Below are positions 30,395-40,672 of a stretch of 64,000 nucleotides of DNA, piece after piece (the stretch's first letter is position 1; each line of letters starts with the position of its first letter). The notes under the pieces were generated by a model that was given only the letters and a program-made list of their open reading frames with translations, ran no database searches and was not told where the DNA came from. Source of the DNA: an uncultured Clostridia bacterium (GTDB lineage: Bacteria; Bacillota; Clostridia; TANB77; CAG-508); assembly GCA_947627485.1 (NCBI GenBank), contig CANQWF010000001.1, positions 8,101 through 72,100 of the forward strand, read 5' to 3'. A program made the position numbers and the translations under genes.

Positions 30395-31561
30395 ATGGAA
30401 AAGATAAATTATATAATTATAAAAATTTGGAAATTAATAAACAGTTTCATATATGCTTTTTTAAAAATATTAAAGACTAGAAATAAGATTACTTTTATTA
30501 GTAGACAGACTAATGGTGAAAATTTAGATTTTAATCTAATAATAAAAGAATTAAAAAGGCAAAATATAGATATAGAAACTGTAGTATTAAATAAAAAAAT
30601 AGGAAAAAATTTAAAATCAGTAATAAGTTATATGTTCCATATGTATAAACAAATGTATCATATAGCTACATCTAAAACTGTTATTTTGGATGGGTATTGT
30701 ATAGCTATAAGCAATTTAAAACATAAAAAGGATTTAAAAGTAGTTCAAATTTGGCATGCATTGGGTGCACTTAAAAAATTTGGATATTCTATATTAGATC
30801 AAGAAGAAGGAAGAAGCACTAAAATTGCAAAGCTTATGAATATGCATAAAAATTATACTTATATATTAACTTCAAGCCAGATAACAAAAGAGTTTTTTAA
30901 AGAAGCTTTTAATGCAAAAGAAGAGCAGATGGTAGTTCTCGGATTACCAAGAATTGATTTTTTAAAATCAGAATATTATAATAATTTAACACAAAATAGA
31001 TTTTTTAAAAAATATCCCAATATGAATAACTCTAAAAAAAATATTCTATATGTGCCAACAAAAAGAAATACGAATATAAATAAAAAAGATTTAAATAAAA
31101 TTATTTATTCGATAAATTATGAAAAGTATAATTTAATTATAAAACTACATAATGGAAGTGGATTATTATATATAGATAATAAATTTTATTCAAAAGAAAA
31201 AGATTTTTTAGGATTGGAGCTTTTACATATTGCGGACTATATTATTACAGATTATTCTGCTATTACATATGAAGCGGCAATTACCGGAAAACCTATTTAT
31301 TTTTATGCATATGATTATGAAGAATATGTAGGAAATAGAGGCTTTTATATAGATTATAATACAGAAATGCCAGGACCGATATCAAATGATATAAACGAAA
31401 TATTAAAGCTAATAGATAATAACGTAATGTTTAACGATAAAACTAAAGCTTTTTTAGATAAATATTGTCCAGTAGACTTGACAGGGTTAGAAAATGTTAC
31501 TGAGGAAATTGTTAATTTTATTATTAATAAGGAAAAGCCTGCTTATGTGCAACGTGTTTAA
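30395..31561 (+). CDS. TagB/TagF-family glycerol/ribitol-phosphotransferase (second paralog)
   Basis: ORF track; the same C-terminal catalytic region (ITDYSAITYEAA). Confidence 0.75.
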   Translation: MEKINYIIIKIWKLINSFIYAFLKILKTRNKITFISRQTNGENLDFNLIIKELKRQNIDIETVVLNKKIGKNLKSVISYMFHMYKQMYHIATSKTVILDGYCIAISNLKHKKDLKVVQIWHALGALKKFGYSILDQEEGRSTKIAKLMNMHKNYTYILTSSQITKEFFKEAFNAKEEQMVVLGLPRIDFLKSEYYNNLTQNRFFKKYPNMNNSKKNILYVPTKRNTNINKKDLNKIIYSINYEKYNLIIKLHNGSGLLYIDNKFYSKEKDFLGLELLHIADYIITDYSAITYEAAITGKPIYFYAYDYEEYVGNRGFYIDYNTEMPGPISNDINEILKLIDNNVMFNDKTKAFLDKYCPVDLTGLENVTEEIVNFIINKEKPAYVQRV

Positions 31562-31691
31562 GAGACTTTATAAAATTGTAAAAAATGAATAATGTAAAAG
31601 ATTTATATCTAGATAATAAATAAAAATTTTAAAAAATTGGACTTTATATTTATATAATAACAACACATATTATAATAAAACAAGCAAAGAT

Positions 31692-34016
31692 ATGGAGAGT
31701 GCTAAAAAAATGGATAAAGAAGAAAAAATAATGGTAACAGTTATATGTATTACATATAATCAACAAGAGTATATAAAACAGGCTCTATCTAGTTTTGTAA
31801 AGCAAAAAACTAATTTTTTGTTTAAAGTATTTGTTGGTGATGATTGTTCTACTGATAATACACCAAATATAATTAAAGAATTTGCAGATAAATATCCGGA
31901 CATTATAATTCCATTTATTCGTGAGCAAAATATGGGAGCACAAAGAAACTTAATTGATTTATGTAATAAAGCAAAAAGCCCATATATTGCTTTTTGTGAA
32001 GGCGATGATTATTGGATAGATAATTATAAATTACAAAAACAATTTGACTTTATGGAAGAAAATAAAAATTGTAATGTATGCTTTCATAATGCAAGAATTG
32101 ATATAGAAACAAAAGACGGAAGCTGGTTTCAAAGTAAAGCATATGAAGATTACGAGTCTGATTTATTAATTTATCCAAGAGGGTTAAAAAATTTTAAAAA
32201 AGATCAAACCTTTTTTAAGTTAGCAGAATTTATAAAAGTGGGGTTTATACAAACATCTTCTATTTTTTATAGATGGAATTATAATGCTATAATTCCTGAA
32301 TGGTATTATAATCATATTTTAGGTGATTACACTTTAACAGCTATTCAAGTTGGAACAGCAGACATAGGGTATATAGATGATATAATGTCAGTATATAGAA
32401 AACATCAGTCTGGAGTATATTTCTTTAAAAGTAATGATGAATATATGATAAAAACTAGAAAAGATTGGGTTGAAATATTAAAGGATTTAAAGGATTATTT
32501 TATAAAGTATTATGATGGATATGCAATTAATGATATAAATAAAAGATTACATAGAGAAACATTTAATTATATAAAAATTCTATTAAAATATGACCAATAT
32601 GAAGATTTAATAAATTTTACAACTAAAAATCCAGAACTTATATCTGATGTAATGAAATATATTATTAACGAGCAACAAAAATTTAATTTAATAAAAAAAC
32701 GATTAACAACAAAATCAGTAAATAAAATTTTAAATAGTAAAAAAATAGCAATAAAAGTAAAAAAGAATACAAATAGTATTATAAAAAAACAAACAAAAAC
32801 TGAAAGAATAAAAACATTTTTAAGATATTGGATATATGCTTTTATACCAAAAAGAAAAAATTTATGGGTGTTTACATCATTTAGAAAAAAAGGTTATTTA
32901 GATAATACAAAATATTTATATGAATTTTTAAATACATATCATCCTGAAATAAAAGCTATATGGCTTACTAAAGATAAAAAGGTAATAGACTATTTAACAG
33001 ATAATAATCTACCGGTTTGTAAAATGCATTCAAAACAGGGTAGAAAAATTATGTCAAGGGCAAAACTTGTTTTTACTGATCATTTTATAATGTCAGATTA
33101 TAAAAGTTCTGCTATAAATGCTAGAACAAAAGTTGTACAACTATGGCATGGCGTAGGATTAAAAGATTTAGATAATTTTAATCAGACTGATGTAGAAGGT
33201 GTTAAATTAAGTGATGATATCATAGCATCTAAAGGTGACAGTATTATAACAAAAATTAAGAAGAGTTTCCGTTATATAAAATATGCTCCTTTTAGAGAAT
33301 TATGCGAAAAATATTTTCTTCTTTTAGGACCAGGAAAAGAGCCAATTACTACATTAGCTAAAACAAATAAAGTAAAAGAAAATAATTGGTTTGTTTGTGG
33401 ATACCCAAGAAATGTTAATCTTTATAAAAAAACACCAGCAGATTCTTATAAAATATTATATGCACCAACATACAGATGGGATTCCGGGAGAGAATTGAAT
33501 CTTATAGAATCTTTTATTAAATTTGTGCCAGAATTGTCAAATTTTTTAGAAGTGAATAATGCAGAGTTTGTAATAAGATTACACCCTCATACTTGGCGTA
33601 ACTACGAGAATAAAATAATAGCTGCCATAAATAAATTTCCAAGAATATCTATAGATGACAATAAAGATATTTATGAAAATCTTAATACTTACTCACTAAT
33701 TATTTCAGATTATTCATCTATTGTATATGATTTTCTTATACTAGATAAACCTATGGTTTTCTATTGTCCAGACTATGATTATTATCTTTCAGAGGAAGGA
33801 ACTTTTAAATATCCTTTTGAAGATTATACACCAGGGCCAAAAACTAATAGTTGGGAAGATACAATAAAAGAGATAAAATCATATATGGAAAAACCAGAAA
33901 AAGATTCAGAGTTCAGACATAAAGTATATGAATTCTTCTATACAGACGATGTTAATGATGAAAATAACTCAGAAAGAATTATTCAAGAATTAAAAAGAAG
34001 ATTAAAAATGAAATAA
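31692..34016 (+). CDS. Bifunctional protein: N-terminal GT2 glycosyltransferase fused to a C-terminal TagF-type phosphotransferase
   Basis: ORF track, 774 aa. The N-terminus has VTVICITYNQQEYI...GDDCSTDN...CEGDDYW. The C-terminus has LWHGVGLK...ISDYSSIVYDF. Confidence 0.7.
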   Translation: MESAKKMDKEEKIMVTVICITYNQQEYIKQALSSFVKQKTNFLFKVFVGDDCSTDNTPNIIKEFADKYPDIIIPFIREQNMGAQRNLIDLCNKAKSPYIAFCEGDDYWIDNYKLQKQFDFMEENKNCNVCFHNARIDIETKDGSWFQSKAYEDYESDLLIYPRGLKNFKKDQTFFKLAEFIKVGFIQTSSIFYRWNYNAIIPEWYYNHILGDYTLTAIQVGTADIGYIDDIMSVYRKHQSGVYFFKSNDEYMIKTRKDWVEILKDLKDYFIKYYDGYAINDINKRLHRETFNYIKILLKYDQYEDLINFTTKNPELISDVMKYIINEQQKFNLIKKRLTTKSVNKILNSKKIAIKVKKNTNSIIKKQTKTERIKTFLRYWIYAFIPKRKNLWVFTSFRKKGYLDNTKYLYEFLNTYHPEIKAIWLTKDKKVIDYLTDNNLPVCKMHSKQGRKIMSRAKLVFTDHFIMSDYKSSAINARTKVVQLWHGVGLKDLDNFNQTDVEGVKLSDDIIASKGDSIITKIKKSFRYIKYAPFRELCEKYFLLLGPGKEPITTLAKTNKVKENNWFVCGYPRNVNLYKKTPADSYKILYAPTYRWDSGRELNLIESFIKFVPELSNFLEVNNAEFVIRLHPHTWRNYENKIIAAINKFPRISIDDNKDIYENLNTYSLIISDYSSIVYDFLILDKPMVFYCPDYDYYLSEEGTFKYPFEDYTPGPKTNSWEDTIKEIKSYMEKPEKDSEFRHKVYEFFYTDDVNDENNSERIIQELKRRLKMK

Positions 34017-34031
34017 AGGAAAAGATGTATT

Positions 34032-35316
34032 ATGAATAAAAATATTTTAGTATTCCCATGTGGTTCAGAAATAGGATTAGAAATTAATAATGCTTTAAAA
34101 TATGAAAAAGATATTACATTATTTGGGGCTTCTAGTGTTAATGATCATGGACGAATGATTTATAAAAATCATATAAAGTTGCCTTATTTTAAGGATGATA
34201 AATTTGAGAATGAATTAAACAATACAATAAAAAAATATAATATTGATTTTATTTTTCCCGCTCATGATGATTTAGTATTAGAATTTTCTAAAATGGCAAA
34301 AAAATTAGATGCACAAGTCATAACATCAGAGTATGCAACTTGTGATATTTGCCGTTCAAAGAAAAAAACTTATACTTTTTTTAAAAATAAAGATTTTGTA
34401 CCACATATGTATAATACCATAGAAGAAGTAAAAGAGTATCCTGTTTTTTTAAAACCAGATATAGGACAAGGTTCCAAACGGTTGTGTAATTGCTAATAAT
34501 AAAAAAGAATTACTATATTATACTTCTCGTGATACATCTTTACTTATGTTAGAATATTTACCTGGTAAAGAATATACTATAGATTGTTTTACTGATAGGA
34601 ATGGTGAACTTAAATTTGCAGGAATTAGACAAAGAAAAAGAATTAAAAGTGGAATAAGCGTTAATTCAATTACCCAAAAGTTACCTGATGAAATAAAGAA
34701 AATTGCTCTAGAAATAAATCGTAAATTAAAGTTTCAAGGAATGTGGTTTTTCCAAGTAAAAATCGATGCTTGCGGTAACTATAAACTTTTGGAAATGGCT
34801 CCAAGAATAGCTGGAACGATGTGTTTATATAGAAACCAAGGAATTAATTTTGCTTTATTAAGTGTTTATGATAAAATGGGATATGATATAAGTATATTTA
34901 ATAACGATGTTAATATTGAAGTTGACAGAGCTTTAACAAATAGATTTGTAATAGATTTTGATTATGATACTATATATATTGACTTTGATGATACTATAAT
35001 AAATAAAAATACAGTTAACCCATATGTAATGATGTTTTTATATCAATCTATAAATAAAAATAAAAAAATATTTTTAATAACTAAACATATAAAAGATATA
35101 AATAAATCATTAAGTCAATACAAAATTAGTTCAGATATTTTTACCCAAATTATACATATTAGTAAAAATGAGGAAAAATATAATTATGTAAAAAATTATG
35201 AAAAGGCTATATTTATTGATGATTCTTTTCAAGAAAGAAGAATTATTCACGAAAAATTCAATATACCTTGCTATGCTGTCGATATGATTGAAAGCCTTAT
35301 AGATTGGAGAAATTAA
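34032..35316 (+). CDS. ATP-grasp ligase fused to a HAD-like domain, broken by a +1 shift at an in-frame CGG (~34479-34481)
   Basis: Track ORF 34032-34496 ends PVFLKPDIGQGSKRLCNC*. A one-base shift continues GCVIANNKKELLYYTSRDTSLLMLEYLPGKEYTIDCF... into track ORF 34546-35316. The C-terminal ~110 aa (IDFDDTIINKNTVNPY...) is HAD-like. Confidence 0.6.
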
Positions 35317-35317
35317 T

Positions 35318-36442
35318 ATGATGGAAAATTTAAAATTTGGAGAACCAATTTTAATTACACAACCAACTTTACCCGATTTTAGTAAATATTGTTCTACAAT
35401 CTCAGAAATCTGGGAAAATCATTGGTTAACAAATGCAGGCCCACTTAACAAAAGATTTGAAGATAAAGTAAAAAAATATTTAGACGTAGATAATATTGCA
35501 TCATTTGTAAATGGACATCTTGCTCTAGAAATAGCTATCAAAGCTTTAGGATTAACTGGAGAAATTATAACTACTCCATTTACTTTTATTTCAACAACTG
35601 CTTCAATTATTAATTGCGGATTAAAGCCAGTTTTTTGTGATATAAATCCTAACGATTATACTATAGATTGTGAAAAGATAGAAAGCTTAATTACAGATAA
35701 AACATCTGCTATTCTTGCTGTACATGTTTATGGTAATCCTTGTGATGTAGAAAAAATAGACAAAATTGCAAAAAAATATAATTTAAAAGTTATATATGAT
35801 GCGGCGCATGCATTTGGTGTAAAAATAAACAACATAGCAATAGGAAATTTTGGCGATGTGTCTATGTTTAGCTTACATGCTACAAAAGTATTTAATTCTA
35901 TAGAAGGAGGATTATTAAGTTTTAAAGATAAGAATATTAAAAAGAAGCTTGAATCCATTAGAAATTTCGGAATAACATCTCAAGAATCAATTGATTATAT
36001 AGGAACAAATGCTAAAATGAATGAATTTCAGGCAGCTATGGGACTTTGCAATTTAGAGAACATAGATGAAAATATATCAAAAAGAAAAAAGATTGTAAAT
36101 ACATATATCGAGGGACTTAAATCTGTTAAAGGATTGTATACGATAAATATGAATAATGCCAATATAAAAAGGAACTATTCATATTTTCCAATATTAATAA
36201 ATTCTAAAGAATTTGGAATGTCGCGTGATTTATTATTTGATAAATTAAAAGAATATAATGTAATGACTAGAAAATACTTTTATCCATTATGTAATAAAAT
36301 TTCAGCATTTAAAAGTGAATCAGAAACACCTATAGCCAAAAGTATATCAGACAATATTTTAGTTTTACCATTATATGCAGATCTATCAATTAATGACGTA
36401 TTGCAAATTATAGATATAATAAAATATTTTAATAAAAAGTAA
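35318..36442 (+). CDS. DegT/DnrJ/EryC1/StrS-family PLP-dependent sugar aminotransferase
   Basis: ORF track, 374 aa; PLP-lysine region (SLHATKVFNSIEGG). Confidence 0.8.
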   Translation: MMENLKFGEPILITQPTLPDFSKYCSTISEIWENHWLTNAGPLNKRFEDKVKKYLDVDNIASFVNGHLALEIAIKALGLTGEIITTPFTFISTTASIINCGLKPVFCDINPNDYTIDCEKIESLITDKTSAILAVHVYGNPCDVEKIDKIAKKYNLKVIYDAAHAFGVKINNIAIGNFGDVSMFSLHATKVFNSIEGGLLSFKDKNIKKKLESIRNFGITSQESIDYIGTNAKMNEFQAAMGLCNLENIDENISKRKKIVNTYIEGLKSVKGLYTINMNNANIKRNYSYFPILINSKEFGMSRDLLFDKLKEYNVMTRKYFYPLCNKISAFKSESETPIAKSISDNILVLPLYADLSINDVLQIIDIIKYFNKK

Positions 36443-36472
36443 AATGTATAAATTAATAATAATAAGGGGAAA

Positions 36473-37283
36473 GTGATGAGAGAATTAATAGAGATTGTAA
36501 AAGATCATATAGAATATAGAAAACAAATAGTAAAATTAGCAAAAGCAGATATTGCAAAAACATATAGGGGATCAGCACTTCGGATGGTCATGGGCTATTA
36601 TAAAACCAGTAGTAACTATATTTGTATATTGGTTTGCTTTTACAATTGGATTAAGAGCAGGCAATGATGTAAATGGTTATCCTTTTTTCTTATGGCTTAT
36701 AGCAGGGTTGGTTCCATGGTTTTATATGGGAGATATGATAACAGGGGGGACAAATTGTATTAGAAAATATAGTTACTTAGTAACAAAAATGAAATTTCCA
36801 GTATCAACAATACCTACTTTTGTGAGTATGTCTAATATTTTAGTTAATATTATACTATTAGCAATTGTTATACTAATATTTTGTATATTTGGACATGTAC
36901 CAGATATATACATATTACAAATGCCAGTATATTTATTATTATCATTTATATTCTTTACATTATGGGCATTGTTTTCATCATTTATTGGAGCTATAAGTAA
37001 AGACTTTGTAAATTTAATAAAATCTTTTATAACAGCCGTATTTTGGTTATCAGGAATTTTATGGAATGCTGATACTGTAGCAAATCCAATACTTAGAAAA
37101 TTTTTAAATTTAAATCCAGTAACATTTTTAGTAAATGGGTTTAGAAATTGTTTTATAAATAAAGTATGGTTTTGGGAGCAACCAAAAAGATTATTGTATT
37201 TTGGTTTAATTACAGTCATACTTTTTATATTAGCTTTATGGTCATACAAAAAGTTAAGAAAAGATATTGCAGATGTATTATAA
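36473..37283 (+). CDS. tagG: ABC-2-type polymer export permease (TagG/Wzm-like), broken by a +1 shift at an in-frame CGG (~36581-36583)
   Basis: Track ORFs 36473-36667 (ends ...YRGSALRMVMG...) and 36552-37283. A one-base shift gives TYRGSALGWSWAIIKPVVTIFVYWFAFTIGL, the canonical Wzm/TagG N-terminal motif. Confidence 0.7.
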
Positions 37284-37308
37284 TATAAGTAGTGAAAGGG
37301 AATAATAG

Positions 37309-38037
37309 ATGAGTGAAAATGTAATAGAATTTAAAAAAGTAACAAAGATATATAAGTTATATAAGAATGATAAAAGAAGATTACTTTCTATATTTTTTAA
37401 AAAAGTACCATATAAAGAAAAAAAAGCAGTAAATAATGTATCATTTAAAATAGAAAGAGGAGAATCTGTTGCAATATTTGGCAAAAATGGTGCAGGAAAA
37501 TCTACAATACTAAAAATGATAACAGGGGTTACATTTCCGACTTCTGGTGAAATTACTGTAAAAGGAAGAGTAAGTGCATTACTAGAATTAACTTCAGGTT
37601 TTGATCCAGAATTTACAGGGAGAGAAAATATATATTTAAAAGGTAGAATATTAGGACTAAAGGAAGATGAAATAAAGAAATTAGAACCGAGTATTGTAAA
37701 GTTTGCCGAACTAGAAGAATATATAGACCAGCCAGTTAGAACATATTCAAGTGGAATGAAAGCAAGACTTGGCTTTTCGGTAAATGTAAATATAGAACCA
37801 GAAATCTTAATAGTTGATGAAGCATTAAGTGTGGGAGATGAAGAATTTAAGAAAAAGTGTACAAAAAAAATCAATGAGATTATAGAAAAAGATAATGTAA
37901 CATTGTTATTTGTAACGCACTCAACTGGAGTAGCTAAAGAATTTTGCAAACGTGGGATTGTAATGAAAAAAGGTAAAATGATATGTGATACAGATATAGA
38001 TGAAGCAATTGAAAAGTATAAAGAAAGTATAAAATAA
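37309..38037 (+). CDS. tagH: ABC transporter ATP-binding protein for polymer export (TagH/Wzt-like, short form)
   Basis: ORF track; Walker A GKNGAGKST, signature SSGMKARL, Walker B ILIVDEAL. Confidence 0.8.
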   Translation: MSENVIEFKKVTKIYKLYKNDKRRLLSIFFKKVPYKEKKAVNNVSFKIERGESVAIFGKNGAGKSTILKMITGVTFPTSGEITVKGRVSALLELTSGFDPEFTGRENIYLKGRILGLKEDEIKKLEPSIVKFAELEEYIDQPVRTYSSGMKARLGFSVNVNIEPEILIVDEALSVGDEEFKKKCTKKINEIIEKDNVTLLFVTHSTGVAKEFCKRGIVMKKGKMICDTDIDEAIEKYKESIK

Positions 38038-38068
38038 ATTTATTTTATAATATAATGGAGGAAATACC

Positions 38069-39496
38069 TTGAGAAATTTATTAGAAAAATGTAAGAATAT
38101 ATATAATAAGGAAACACCTTTAAAAACAGAATGGATAATAGCTATATTAATAGCAATTATCATGATGGTAATGTTTGTTTATTTGGATTTTAAAAGCTTG
38201 ACAATATGGAGTACAAATATATTAGACTGTATAGCAAATGGAGATATAACTCAGTTTTATTCTTATACAGCATTAAATAAGTATAATGTACCACATCAAT
38301 ATGTATCAGGGACTTTATATAGTTTAATACTATGGTCAATATGGAATATTCCTATTTGGGGAATTCAATATTTTCTCGGAAAATCAATTGTAAACAATGC
38401 TATTTTATTGATATGGTCAAAATTGTTTTTGGTTTTATCATTAGGAATAACTTTATTTGTAACTTATAAAATCTGTAAAGAACTATTTAAAGATAAGAAA
38501 AGGTCCCTATGGATTACTTTTTTATCAGCAACATTTATATATACTTATATAGGGGTTTTTTATGCGGGTCAGAATGACATTATGATATGTATGTTTGCTA
38601 CTTTAGGGTTATATTATTTGATAAAAGAGAAAAATATATGGTTCTATATATTTTCCGCACTAGCAATATCAATAAAATATTTTTATTTAATACCATATAT
38701 TCCACTAATATTATTAACGGAAAAAAAGATATGGAGAATTGTTCTCAAATTGGGAGTTGGTGTAGCACCCATAGTAATATTTAAGCTTTTAGTAAGAAAT
38801 TTCCCTATGTATGCTATATCAGAAGAATCAAATCATTCAAATAGAATATTAAGTGGTTTTTTTGGCTCAGGAATAAAAGTAGCTAATGAAGTTACACTGT
38901 CGTTTTTTATATTGACTTTTATAATAATTTGTTTTATTGCATATATAACAAAGCCAAAAACCAAGCAAATTAGAAATAATTATTTGTTTTATTTTGCAGT
39001 AGCACCTATAATATTAATGCTTATGTTTTCAACAAGTTATGAGTTTTATAGACCTATTTTATTAATGCCTACTTTAATGATACTATATGGATTTAAACCA
39101 CAGCTATATAGAATAAATGTTATTTTAGATACAATTATGTCTGGATCATGTTTTATGGCAATAGTGATGCATAGTAAAAAATTATTCAGTACCAGTGCTT
39201 CAATGAAAAACTCATTATTAACAGAAATGTTAAATATTAAACAAATACAACCATTTAATTTAAGAGAGTTTTTTATCAACCTATTTGAAGGAAAATTTGA
39301 TGTGATAGCTTCTTTTGTTACTACAGTATTGTTTGCTACTTTAGGGATAATTTTAATAATCAATTATCCGAAACTAAATATTATGAATAAAGAAGAAAAA
39401 GAAGTAGAAAAACCAGAAAGATGGATAATATGGATAAGATCTTTAATGATAGTTCCAGCTATAGCATTTTTATTGTTTAATGTAATTAGTGGGTAG
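38069..39496 (+). CDS. Polytopic membrane protein (475 aa), candidate GT-C/ArnT-like polyprenyl-phosphate-sugar transferase
   Basis: ORF track; about 12 TM; location between the ABC exporter and the amino-sugar genes. The fold assignment is inference only. Confidence 0.4.
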   Translation: MRNLLEKCKNIYNKETPLKTEWIIAILIAIIMMVMFVYLDFKSLTIWSTNILDCIANGDITQFYSYTALNKYNVPHQYVSGTLYSLILWSIWNIPIWGIQYFLGKSIVNNAILLIWSKLFLVLSLGITLFVTYKICKELFKDKKRSLWITFLSATFIYTYIGVFYAGQNDIMICMFATLGLYYLIKEKNIWFYIFSALAISIKYFYLIPYIPLILLTEKKIWRIVLKLGVGVAPIVIFKLLVRNFPMYAISEESNHSNRILSGFFGSGIKVANEVTLSFFILTFIIICFIAYITKPKTKQIRNNYLFYFAVAPIILMLMFSTSYEFYRPILLMPTLMILYGFKPQLYRINVILDTIMSGSCFMAIVMHSKKLFSTSASMKNSLLTEMLNIKQIQPFNLREFFINLFEGKFDVIASFVTTVLFATLGIILIINYPKLNIMNKEEKEVEKPERWIIWIRSLMIVPAIAFLLFNVISG

Positions 39497-39512
39497 TAGG
39501 AGAAGATGAAAG

Positions 39513-40631
39513 ATGATAAGTTTTAATGTTCCACCATTTGTAGGAAAGGAAAAAGAATATATAATTAAAGCAATAGAGAATAAAAAAATATGTGGAGATG
39601 GAGAATTTACAAAAAAATGTAATCAATGGTTTTTAAAAAAAATAGGAAGTAAAATACTATTGACTACATCTGGTACAGATGCTTTAGAGATGGCAGCAAT
39701 ATTATCTGAAATAGAGCCAGGTGACGAAGTAATAATGCCATCATATACATTTTCATCAACTGCAAATGCTTTTATTTTAAGAGGAGCAAAGCTTGTGTTT
39801 GTAGATATAAGACCAGACACAATGAATATAGATGAAAGCTTGATAGAATCAGCAATAACGGATAAAACAAAAGCTATTGTTCCAGTACATTATGCAGGGA
39901 TATCATGCGAAATGGATAGGATTATGGATATAGCAAATAGGTATCACTTAAAAGTAATAGAAGATGCCGCCCAAGGGGTTATGAGTAAATATAAAGGAAG
40001 ATATCTTGGAACAATAGGAGACTTCGGTTGTTATAGCTTCCATGAAACTAAAAATTATAGCATGGGAGAAGGTGGAGGAATAATAATTAAATATCCTAAA
40101 ATATATGAAAGGGGAGAAATAATAAGAGAAAAAGGAACAGATAGAAGTAGATTTTTAAGAGGACAAGTAGATAAATATACATGGGTTGATATGGGCTCAT
40201 CATATTTACCAAGCGATATAAATGCAGCTCATTTATATGCTCAATTAGAAGTAGCTGAAGAAATAAATAATGATAGACTCAAATCTTGGAATTTATATTA
40301 TGAAAATTTAAAAGATGTTAAACAAATAGATTTACCAACAGTTCCAGAGAGCTGTGAGCACAATGCACATATGTTTTATATAAAAGTAAAAGACATTAAT
40401 GAAAGAACAAATCTAATTAAATTTTTAAAAGAAAAAGAAATAACAACAGTATTCCATTATATACCATTACATTCTGCACCAGCTGGGATAAAATATGGAA
40501 GATTTAATGGAGAAGATAAATATACAACTAAAGAAAGCGAAAGATTATTAAGACTTCCAATGTATTATGGATTAAAAGAAGAAGATATATTAAAAGTGTG
40601 CGGAGAAATTAAAAATTTCTATAAGATTTAA
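39513..40631 (+). CDS. DegT/WecE/ArnB-family sugar 4-aminotransferase
   Basis: ORF track, 372 aa; N-terminal VGKEKEYIIKAIENKKICGDGEFTKKCNQW pattern typical of WecE/ArnB. Confidence 0.8.
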   Translation: MISFNVPPFVGKEKEYIIKAIENKKICGDGEFTKKCNQWFLKKIGSKILLTTSGTDALEMAAILSEIEPGDEVIMPSYTFSSTANAFILRGAKLVFVDIRPDTMNIDESLIESAITDKTKAIVPVHYAGISCEMDRIMDIANRYHLKVIEDAAQGVMSKYKGRYLGTIGDFGCYSFHETKNYSMGEGGGIIIKYPKIYERGEIIREKGTDRSRFLRGQVDKYTWVDMGSSYLPSDINAAHLYAQLEVAEEINNDRLKSWNLYYENLKDVKQIDLPTVPESCEHNAHMFYIKVKDINERTNLIKFLKEKEITTVFHYIPLHSAPAGIKYGRFNGEDKYTTKESERLLRLPMYYGLKEEDILKVCGEIKNFYKI

Positions 40632-40672
40632 AATTAAAAACTGAAAAATATTATAAAAAGGAAGTACAAGAA

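Noticed and set aside
35728-39820. ORFs 35728-35958 (-), 36773-37249 (-), 37278-37949 (-), 37921-38163 (-), 38587-38784 (+), 39046-39363 (-) and 39623-39820 (-)
   Set aside because: All overlap well-supported plus-strand genes (DegT, tagG, tagH, the membrane protein, WecE). 37921-38163 and 46307-46492 are near-duplicates only because they are antisense to the duplicated tagH 3' segment.
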